A stretch of DNA of 63,897 bases, counting the filler, from Vermamoeba vermiformis (taxonomy: Eukaryota): the NCBI GenBank assembly GCA_045837725.1. It is 4 parts of 4 records of this genome, joined end to end, with 100 filler letters (N's around TTAATTAATTAA, not from the genome) between each part and the next. Parts side by side here need not be neighbours in the genome. Positions count along the whole stretch, not along the records: positions 36,682 to 44,321 come from JBEWZL010000154.1; positions 44,422 to 63,897 come from JBEWZL010000158.1; 2 more parts are not named here. One strand, written 5' to 3'. Position 1 is the first letter of the stretch. Each line of letters opens with the position of its first letter. Below the pieces are notes generated by a model. That model ran no database searches. It saw nothing but the letters and a program-made list of their open reading frames with translations, and was not told the DNA's origin. The translations under genes and the position numbers were made by a program. Positions 39,001 through 50,400 of the stretch are shown here, piece after piece.

Positions 39001-41472
39001 ATGCGCAGCATCTCCTTCAGAAAAAATACTGACAAAAAGACGAGTTTGAGGAAACGGAATACATCTTTCAAATCAAAACCAAGTAAGAAATTATTCAGCG
39101 ATTTGAATCAGGGTACTGATTGAGTGCCAGTTGAGAATTGGACCAGAGGAGACGTCTTGCATTGGGCAAAAGATCTGGGGTTGCCCAAACGCAGTATTAA
39201 AGTTTTAAAAGACCTAGAAGTTAATGGAAAAATATTGCAGCACATTCGCTCCATAGATCAGTTGAGAAAATATGGTTTTAATGAGCTTGCCGCTGATATG
39301 ATCCAGGCCTCGCTCTCGGCTATTAATTTACCGTGTATGTATTATTACGTTACGTTATTAATATTCTAATGATTTTAGCTCTGATTCAAAGGGCGCCAAA
39401 GTTTGTTGCTATCGACAAGCAGATTCCAGCGCGCAGAGATTTTACGTGGCAGAATAAGTTCGTGTCGCATACCACAGATACGCTTATTGATGGCTTGACG
39501 AGTATGTGGCATCAGTTTCGAGTAAGTGGGGAGCATAAAAAAGACAGGATATTGTTTCATATTGGTGGTGGACCTGGTGTCGGTAAAACACGGTTTGGCG
39601 TAGAGCTGCTTACTTCACTCTGCGAGAGTTTAAAAGGTGGATCATACTCTCTTGATCCTAGTTTGGTAAATGCTATCGGCGAGGCCGAGAACAATAGGCA
39701 CTATATTTATATCAATTTATCAACAATCGAAGGCAAACAAGCTATAAAGGATGCAAGCCCTTCAAAGGTTTTGCTCAGTAAACTCTTAAAGATGGATGTG
39801 GCGGCTATACCATTTGATATCGAGCCTGAAAATTTGGCTTTTGCAATTAACCACGTGTTTCGACCGGCTACGAAGGAGAGCCCCTTATTTATTCAAGTCC
39901 ATATAGACGAGATTCAATTTGCATTACAAGATGAGGATGTGACTTTATTGCAGACTACAACTGACGTAAACAAAGTGAGGCTGCGACAGTTTTTAACTCA
40001 ATTTATGGAGTTGGTGGTTTATTTGACACACTATAACATATTTATATTTGCCGTCACATCAGGGGCAATTCAATTTGCACTAATTCGTAAGACTGATATT
40101 CATTTATTTCGAGCTAACGGATCCAGGTTTATTTCCTGCTACTACATTTACAATGCAGTTTCTGAAATTGAGGCCCATCATGGTTGAAGATGCCTACGAA
40201 TTACTATCGAACAGCCTTAATATGCCGATAACGCGGCCAGAGTTTAAGACCCTTATCAATGCGCAAGTAAGTTGCTGAGCAACTGCACCTTTTCGAACTA
40301 ACGTCCCAAAGGGTGGAGTTCTTCGACTGCTAGAGAGGCTTAGAGAGAATCTATTGCCATACAAGAACGAAGATGAAGTCGTTCAAAACTTGTCCACGAT
40401 TTGGCAAAAGCAGATCCAAAACGTCTCTGCTCTCTACCCACCACCTATGCGAGAGCTTCTCGAGTACGCTTTAGCTGGCGAGCCTGTCAGTCATGTTACT
40501 GTCATCGCGGGTGTATCGCTTAAGAACCGCGAATTAGTTGGTAAGTCCTACTTGCATCACAATGTAACACTCGTTCACAATTCGTAGAAACGCTCTTTCT
40601 CCTGCCAAAAGACGGCGCCTACCTCATATATTATCCTTATGCTTGTCTTGTTGCTTGGAATGCTCATGAAGGTCTCTTTCCGACCAACTTCTTTCCGACG
40701 GACACGCTGGCCACGCGATTCACTCCTTCAGAGTTTGAAGACCTTGTCGTGCGCTACTTGAGGTTCAAAATGAACTTCTTCGTTAGCTTACGTCAATCAA
40801 AACCAAGCAATATTTCTATGAAAGAGTTGCATCGAGGAGCGTTTGTAAGCCCGAGGGCCGAGAACATCATGTAAGAGAGCAATCTTTTTCATTATTTTAC
40901 TAATCCTATATCAAGGGTGAAGCTATCTAAGATCCCACCCGTGGAGACTAAGAAGACTGACACGTTGGCTGACCTGAAGAAAGACGTCCCTTTCGAAGTA
41001 GCGTTGGGTGAGAAGCTGATCGAGAGCAAGTCAACGATGGCTATTTGGGTTGGCCGTAGCTGCGAACACTGCGACAGTTTCGTCGTTTATCAAAGCAATG
41101 TTAAACGTAGGTGTTACTTAGTATACATATTAGGTATTAATATTTATAGCGGTGGTGTTGTTGGTCGAAAACAAAGCTACAAACCCCGCACAACAGGTGA
41201 ATAATCCGGTCACGTACACAGAGGCCAAGCACGAACAAGAAATGTTCAATGCTGTTAAATTACCTGGCTGCAAGGTCTTAACTGCTTGGATAACGAACAA
41301 GAGGCAAAGTCGGCGAGAAGAAACGAAGAAGTTGTTCGACATCTACGTCGATCGAGAAAATTTTTTGGACTACTTTGGTCCGTCTTTCAAATTCTTCTTA
41401 GATACCGAGATTACAGCCCCTGAATACGTCGAGAGTGCATCATGTAACGGTCAAACAAAAATGAAGTCATAA
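39001..41472 (+). CDS. SAM-like header, P-loop NTPase and C-terminal restriction-endonuclease-like domain (Crinkler-related effector architecture)
   Basis: Spliced start MRSISFRK..KP|IENWTRGDVLHWAKDLGL..LEVNGKIL (SAM-like); GGPGVGKTRFG; IQVHIDEIQ; EFEDLVVRY, CDSF, LLVENK (E..D..ExK-like), NFLDYFGPSF. Confidence 0.75.
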
Positions 41473-41606
41473 CGGTACGGTTTTCGCTAAATTCGGAGTT
41501 TCCTGCGAAATTTCTGAACCTATTGTTCGTTTCATTCCGCCCAATGTGTTTAGTAATTAAATTAACGCTTGTATATAGTACCAATATCACCATAGCAAAC
41601 GAAATT

Positions 41607-44321
41607 ATGAAATTCCTCGGCTGGTCGCTCGTGCAAGCGATTTTGTATTTTGTACTGATTGGATCCGGCACAATTCTCGCTCAACCAAATCCAGCTATTC
41701 CATATACAATTGGAACTGGTTGTGTATCCGTAACCGTATCACCTGCTAGTGGAACGGTGTTGAATGTAGCGAGTGCGAATGCCATCAGCTTGACTTTTAA
41801 TCAGAACGTAGAGTACGTACAATGATAAATTCGTAATATCCTTCTAATATTAAATCTATGATGGATTTTTAAATAATTTTTATTCACGTTGTTACCTGAT
41901 CCGCTGACTTAATTGCAGGTATTTTCGAGCAACAAACTACCGAAAATTGTTATCAGCTTACACTGCCGGCGGTCCCGATACTTACGCTACTTTATTGACG
42001 GACTTAAATACTGCTTCTACTGGAAAACCAGCTGCGGTGGTACGTTTGTGTGGTAGACTTGTAACTTTGAATAACGTTGCTTGTAGTATTTGGTTAATGC
42101 TGCCACTGGCGATGTCTTCAAACCCAATTCAGCCACGAACAATGGACGCGGAGATTATTTGCAAGTGACTTTCAACGCAAACACGTTGCCGAACAATGCC
42201 TTCTTGCAACTGTTTATCGCGAATAGATTTATGGATGGTAATTATCAAAACTACTTGATGGAGGTAAGTAACGATAGTCGTAGCTACTTGGGTTAGAACT
42301 TATTGGGTTATGTAGTATTTGGGTTATATGAATTACACGACGGGAACAGGCGTAGCGGTTGGTAACGTCGCTGTACCGCCCGCACCGAGCTTTTGCCCTG
42401 CTACTCCATCACTGGCACCAACAACAGGTAATAAATAACCCATTCGCTTCTCTTGACTCACATGTGCTATAGTTGTACCGGATACGAACCCTCCCATTGT
42501 TAGTATTGTAGGAAGTTTGTGTACCTCAACTGTGGCGGGTTTGCCTTGTAACTGGACTTTGACAGCCCAAGTAAGCTAGCGGTTGTACTCATTCAAAACG
42601 CTTACGTAGTCAATTTAGCTCGACTTCTCTGGTTTTACGCAGTTTAATTATACCTTGACGTCATTTGTGGATGACGTTGGCGATTCCTACTCGCTAAAAT
42701 ATCCGTTAAAGGTAAACGCCTTGAAAATTTACATCTGTCTTGCTAACTCAAAGTACAGCTCAGTGCCACAAAATTCTCTACGGAACTCAAACTACCAATG
42801 ACATTGAACAGAGTTTATACACCAAACATTGAGCATGTTGATGGTAACGTGGCTTCGTCAACTTTACTTGATTCAGTATACGAGGAAGTTCCAAGGCAAG
42901 TAATTCGCCCATAATCGATAGTCAATCTAACCAAAACCAGTCGCTTTGTCCAGCCCTTTTTTGATCTGTTGCCCAGTGGTGTAACTTTGTTTCTCAATCA
43001 CTTAGGCAGAAGTTGGCAAGACGGAGATTTTACAAACGCGGATGATATATTGGCGAACACCATCTCCACGAATAGCAATTATGACGGTACATTTACTTTG
43101 CCAAACGGAACCCAAATTTCTGCTCGATGTACCAAAGTTCTTCGTCCCACATTTCGTTGGAAAATGGCGACTTTCACTCCTCGCCAAGGACGAGTTTGCA
43201 CAAAGGGCTCTACCAGAAATTCTTTCTGTCCAAACTGCGCTCAAGAATTGCACACCTGGTAGGTACCGATGCTGGCATCTAGCACCTTACTAACATGGCG
43301 AAGGAACACTATTGCTCAACTTCCTTATGGTGCGTATGACGTCAATTCAACACCTAACGATTATCAATTCACGTATCCAATGAATGTGAAGCTTGAATAC
43401 TCGATGACCTACGATGATGTCGACTTCTCCACCAAATCGACCGAAGTGGCGTATGGAAGAGTGTTTGTCGCAAACACAACTATCCCCAGTGCCACATCAC
43501 TAAATCAGGCTTCAGCGTTTACCACCCGCCGTTTGCTTCTACCTGACTTGGCCTCTACACCAAGCCCAGCTAATTATTTGTGGCGACTTGTTCCATTGTC
43601 GTACTTCGGAGGCGGTTGTGATACGTTAGATGCCTCAATGACAGACTTTTACAACCAGCCCAATTTCTGCTCGTTGTCTTATGGTACGTGTATAAAATCG
43701 GCTTCGGCGGTATTTGACACGTTGTCAGGTTCGTGCATGAACTACCAACTTTCTTATTGGATGAAAGATACTTCGACTTCAACTCTACCAGCCGTTGTGC
43801 AGGATTTTTCGAGGCTTTACGGAACTGTCGACGGGACAAAGGTGCGTGAATAGTGCAAAACTAACAATCGTTAACCAATTTGCAGGAGAGGATGCGTATT
43901 GAGGGATCAAACTTAGTTATGTCGTATAATCCTGCAAGGGAGAGAGTCAAAGTGACCATGAATATTAACGCACAACGAGGAGCACTACAAATAGTCGAGC
44001 CAATGATTGGCGCGTGGTCAATTGACAAACAGGTGAATGGGCAACTTTATGCGCTCGTGTTAACTATCACCAATTCTGGAGACGGACCTGGCTTATTTAA
44101 TATCCTTTTTACATTCGATTAATCTGCTGATTCCCTCGCGATCTGGTTTTTTCCTTAACTTACGTACCTTTTGGAGGAGTTTGTCCAGATCAAATTTCAA
44201 TTGATGGCGCCGCGCAATCTGTTCCAGCGGGCTCTACCGTGAATTTGACTATTGCTGTGGATGCTACTGCGACTGCCCTGACAGGCAACTACAGGTACCG
44301 AACCAAATCACCGAAGCTCGT
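41607..44321 (+). CDS. HAP2/GCS1-like (class II fusogen-like) secreted or membrane protein with an extra N-terminal Ig-like domain; 3' truncated
   Basis: Signal peptide; VSPASGTVLNV..AISLTFNQNV (Big-like); CTSTVAGLPCNWTLTAQL..LKYPLKLSATK; GCDTLDASMTDFYNQPNFCSLSYGTCI..CMNYQL, resembling HAP2 CNKIGVSYxAFxxQPxFCxxxxxxCLxNQL; Ig-like LTITNSG..C segment. Confidence 0.6.
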
Positions 44322-44421
44322 NNNNNNNNNNNNNNNNNNNNNNNNNNNNNNNNNNNNNNNNNNNNTTAATTAATTAANNNNNNNNNNNNNNNNNNNNNNN
44401 NNNNNNNNNNNNNNNNNNNNN
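44322..44421. other. Artificial contig-joining spacer
   Basis: N44-TTAATTAATTAA-N44. Confidence 0.99.
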
Positions 44422-47400
44422 AGCTCGATCCGGATCTGATTAATTTTTAATTTGAAAATTGAATTTGCGATATTCTAATGTTGTAAATGGTGAAAGGATA
44501 TTTTTAAAATTATTACCTTAAATTATCTCGGTCACTGCACCGAGATTTGATCGCGTTTTGTTCGCGATCTTAACGCCGCGCTGGAACGATGCTGATTATC
44601 GTTTGGTGCGTGTATTTTGGGTAAATACATAATATCTAAATGCACAAACCGACCCTTGTGGTCGATCTGTTGCGAATCCGAGTTCGCAGCTGTAAATCCG
44701 TTAAATCTAAATAACTTGCGCTGAACGGCCGTGGCGACCGTGGCGCGTTACTGTCTGCTGTTAATAAACTATTTTAATAAATAACTCGACCTTTGTGGTC
44801 GATCTGTCATAGTTTTAAAAAAATAACGGTCAGATCTTTGTGATTCGCTCCCGCGGGAGCTCGTTTATCAATTTTATTCTGTACAAGGCATTTTATTTAT
44901 GTTGAATCAATTACTATTTTAAAAAACTTTACATTGCTCGTAAGATCCAGATGCAGTCCTTACTTACTTTTGGTAGCTTTTTTTGGATCCGACCTGCTGG
45001 ATCAATCCGCGTCAAGTCTCGCCATACAAGGGTTTTTATGAGAGCTGCTGATACCATGCGTTAGTAATCATCACTTACTATTAATTTAGGTGCTTACCGT
45101 TTTATACAGCCTTACTGCTGATTATAAATAACGCGCGCTAGACAAGTGATCGCAGATCTGCTAAGTCCGCGCGGACTCTTCTTTCAATCGAAAAAAATTA
45201 ATCAATACAATGTAAATATAATATATATTGCGTTGTACTTACCTTTAGCGCGATAGACGCGCTGTATTAACTAACCTTAGGATCGAGTCTCGATCCGCGC
45301 CTATTCGTGCAATCAGCTCCGTGAGCAAATCTGAGTCATAGAATCATTAGTAATTCATATATATAACGCGTTATACTTGCCGTTGGCGCACTCGATGCGC
45401 TTAATTAAAAGTTGAACCCGCTGCTGGATCGCGGATTCCTACTCTCAAAGGTTTCTTCAAGGGTAAATTAGACCCTATCTGTAATTACAAAGCGTTAGTA
45501 ATGCTAGAATAATATCGATTTATAGTGTTAATATGGCGAGCTTACCCTTCTATACAAATTTTTTATCGCGTGAAGATCGCGATCAAGATCCGTGCTGGAT
45601 TTTTCTTAAAACTTAAAGAAACAATATTAGATCATCAAATATTTATTGAGTAACTATAGAAATGCACTTACCGGTCAAGAGAACTTGTCCTGTCACGGAT
45701 CAAGTTTTCAAATCGACCAATCCGGTCCGAGTCCGCACTTTTTGACTAATAACTTGTAAATTTATGATTACTAAAAATATTAACGACGAAACCTGGTGGT
45801 TATTTAACTTTGGTTCGAGCGCAAAGCTCGATCCGAATAATTGAATTTTTTTTTCTTTATCTGTAATTTTAAATGTTAAAAAGACGCATTGATTGCATCA
45901 TATTCGTTATTATTATTAATAGAAAATAACTTACCGATTATTTCGATTTGTCCAACGCATCTGATCGCAGACAAAAATTGCTGACTAGTGCGTCGCGCTG
46001 CAACGACGCTGAATATTGTTGGGCGTGTGTGTAATATACACAGTGGACATAACTATTAATAATTCGACCCTTGTGGTCGATCTGACGCGAATCCAAGTTC
46101 GCATCGACTTCCAGTCAAAATAACTCGCGCTGAACGGCCGTTGCAACCGTGGCACGCAACTGTCTGCTGTTAACAATCGATTTTTAATAAATAAATCGAC
46201 CTTTGTGGTCGATCTGTCATAAATTTTAAAATGAATTTTGTGATTCCCTCCCGCGGGAGATTTTTATCAATTTTATTTATACGAAATTTATTTAAAGTCA
46301 TTACAATTGATTTTACAAGTTTAATTGCTCGTGAGATCTTGACGAATTGCTCTGTATAAATCTATTAGTCGCATCCATTTCTCGCTCTTATTAATGTCCT
46401 GCATTAAAACTACGTTATTATTATAATAATTATTAAACATGTTATTTAACGTAATTTACTTACTTTAAGAGTCATCAGAGCTCCTCGGCAAAACTTTAAC
46501 GGATCGATCCCGTTCCGAATATTGCGCTCAAGGGTCGCTCTGACCCTTGTCGATCTATGCTAACGTTAGCAACGATCAGTTAAACGGTTTTTTCCCTTAC
46601 CTCGGTCCATCAGTTGGCACTGACAAAAATTTAATGCACTAGATCTCGCGCCACCAAAAATTCTATCCAACGGTTCTACTAAGTAATAAAGATGTTAGTA
46701 TCTTACAGTAATAATAAAATATCAATTTTACTTACTTTTGACGCGATCGATGCGCGTTACTGAACTTATGAGAGATCGAGTTATTACGTACGCGATCTCC
46801 GGTCCAAGCTCCGTGTCATCTCCTAGGCGTAAAATTAGCATCAGTTAGTTAAAATATTAATACATAAGGGGGATCACTTACCTTTAAGGCAATCGATGCC
46901 CCGCATAGAAATTTTAGCGATCGAGACGCTTTGGATCCCGATCTCGTAAATGCTCGTCAGTAGTATCCTTCGTTATTTCTATTGCTATTATGCGTTAGTA
47001 ATGAACAGTTTCTACATTTATCTTTACATACCGGTCCCTCACAATCCATGTAGTGGATCTGATAACGTGAGACGCTTTGGATCCCGATCTCGTTAAATTT
47101 ACTGATGGCATGCATTGCCCATTTCTAATTATAAAACACGTTAGTATTACTCGACATCTAACTCTGGGAACACTTACCGGTCTATTATTGTCGATATAAT
47201 GGATCTGTTAACGCGGGAAGATCGCGTTCGAGATCCGTCCTCGTTAACTTTTGACACCTAAACAAAATGTATTAGGTTGTTAAATACCAATAAATTAATA
47301 TGGTTTAAAAACTTACGCTTGCGAAAGTAGTGGGGATGAGCGAATAGACTTCGCGATCTGCTCGTCAATTCTGCTTATTGAGCTTCAAATAACCTATAAA

Positions 47401-50400
47401 TTAACGATTAATATATTGTGTTAATAATAAATACAATAATAATTCAAATTTAACGTGAGCACGAAGCTCGATCCGATTCTAATTAATTTTTAAAATTTAA
47501 TTTGAATTTTAAATTAATAATCGACGCATTGGTACGATTATTTTACTACTATTGAATATATTTAAATACTTACCGAATTATTTGAAGGGACTGGGCGGAT
47601 TCGATCTCGCCATCAAGTTGCCAATTCAAAGAGCGAGCAGTGGTGATCGTCCCTGCAGCGGGACACGAACGGAATGCACCAGTATACCATAAAACGACCA
47701 TTGGTGGTCGAAATCTCGCGCATTGAAAAGGATTGGAACTTTCGATCGCGTTAGAAAATCGGGACGAGTTTCTGTATTGAAAATTAATCATTAATATACT
47801 GTACTATAAGTAATAAAACGACATTCAAACAAAAATCGGGTTAAATTACGAGCACTCAGCTCGATCCGGATCTGATTAATATAAAACCGAAAATTTAAAA
47901 ATTGAATTAATGATATCTTAATATTATAATAGGTGGAACTATTGTATGAAAAATGCTACCTTTAATAAAGTCGGCCACCGAGATTCGCACGACAGTAGAT
48001 CGCGTTCTGAGTCTCGCGCTGGAACAACGCTGATTGTTGTTTGGCGCGTGCTGTTTATCAACAATGACAATAGCAATACAAATAAATCGACCCTTGCGGT
48101 CGATCTGATGCGAATCTAAGTTCGCATCAACTTGTCATCGAAATACTCGCGCTGAAGGGCCGTGGCGACCGTGGCACGTATCTATCAGCTGTGAATAATT
48201 AATAAAAAATATATCTTGACCATTGTGGTCAATATGTCAAGTTTTAAAAAATAACGTCAGATCTTAGTGTGATTCCCTCCCGCGGGAGCTCGTTTATCAA
48301 CTTTATTAACAGGGTGAAATTTCTGCCCCTCGAAAGTTCTCCTTCCTTTTCGCTCCTCCCCGGGGAGATTTTTATCAATTTTATTTCCTCCCGCGGCAAG
48401 GGAAATTTCCTTGGAAACAGGTCTTACGTGCCTTGCAAGGAGTCAGACAATGATGCGCATTGACCTGCAAGGGTTTTATTGGACTGTGGTTGTTGTCAAG
48501 TGCAATCTGCAAGCAGATCTGCCTCACTTTCTTTGATCCATAATCACAGGTTCTACAGTTACCAGCAACAGCTCCATTTTGCACTTCATTGGAATTCAGG
48601 GTGTAGACTCATTAGTGACCCAATTTAACTGCACTGCAATGAGTTCGCCAAACCACTTGTTGAAATCTCCAAATAACTTTGTTTGATTGGTCAAAAAGTT
48701 TTTTTGGTTGCTTTATTTCACAACAACAAAAAATCTTTGGTTCCAATCTTATTCCTCGCAGCACTCGCGCACCACAACTCCTCGGCACAGAGGAGCATAG
48801 CACAGTGCCAATGGTTGAGTGTTTGAGAACTCTCCCAGTTGGCCCTATGCTATGCCTGTCTGTGCATTTCCAAGAGTTGCCAGGTCTAGCCAGAAGGACA
48901 GTAAGTTATTTAATTTTATTTTCAAGTGCAGCTCTGCTTAGTAAATTTGCACCTGCTAAATTACTTTACCCTTGCTTTTTATTTGCTAAGCTGAATTTAT
49001 TTTTCACATCCAAATTTAAATTTTTCCTGGTCAGTTAACCCTGCATCCAGGTTTTCTGTGACTTAGTTTTTTTCAGCCCCCGGTTCCTCGTGGAACCGAC
49101 CCTTTGCTAGGACATTGTTTTTTGGCAGGGTCGGTTTCACGAGAAACCGGGGTTTTTGGACTTTGTTTTTTTTCCAGGGGCGGTTTCTTGTGAAACCGGC
49201 CTTTTTGGACTTTGTTTTTTTCCAGGGGCGGTTTCACGTGATACCGGCCCTTTTTGGACTTTGTTTTTTTTCAGTCCACTTCTTGGACTTAGTTTTTTTC
49301 AGGGGGCGGTTTCACGTGATACCACCCCTTGTTTGGACTTAGTTTTTTTCCAGGGGCGGTTTCACCTGATACCGGCCCTTGTTGGACTTTGTTTTTTTCA
49401 CTGACCTTCTTGGACTTAGTTTTTTTTAGGGGTCGGTTCCTCATGGAACCGGGGGTTGCTGGACTTAGGTTTTTAACTTCTTTAGTATGACTCTATCTAG
49501 CCCCTGCCTTCTTGTTGGTCTTGCTGGCTTGCCTTCTAACCCCTTTGTACATTTTGTAAATTTGTAAATAAATGTTTTATTTATTCTAGCTTTTGTTTAT
49601 TACTTGTCATGCCTATTTTACTGTGCAATTTTTCAACAAAATTAAGCATTCACATACTGCTTTATATAAGTTCATTTACTATGTACAAATTCCTAAATAA
49701 ACAAATTTTGCAGTAAAAAAGTTCGACAAAAAACAAGTTTAAAGCCTCTTTAAACTCTATAACCTGTGGGTTTTTATAACCCAGAAGCCTACTATAGTGT
49801 TCAACAGAAGTCTCCTTCGCCATTTCTATTGATATAATGCGTTAGTAATGGATAATGTCTATATGGATATGTACTTACCGGTCCATCACAAGCAATGTAA
49901 TGGATCTAATAACGCGAGAAGATCGCGTTCGAGATCCGTCCCGTGTAACTTTTAACGCCTAAATAAATGGCTTTAGAATATTAAATAGCAATAATATAAT
50001 AAATTTAAACTACTTACGCTTGAAGAATTAGCGGGGATTGAGCGATCGACTTTGAGCGAACGATCCGCACATCACATCTGCGCAGACGACACTGAAATAA
50101 CCGGTAAAAAAACCATTATTATATTATAATAACCAATAATTTAAACTTTGCACGAGCACGAAGCTCGATCTGATTCTATATAATTTTAAAAAAATTAACT
50201 TGATTTTGAAATGAATAATCAACGCATTGGTACGATTATTCTATCGCCATTGAATATATTTAAAACTTACCGAGTTATTTTAAGGGTCTGGGCGGATTGA
50301 TCTCGGCATCAAGTTACCGACCCCGTCGGCGAGCAATAGCCATCGTTCCTGCACCAGGGCACGAAGGAAAGGCACCAGTGTATAATTAAACGACCATTGG

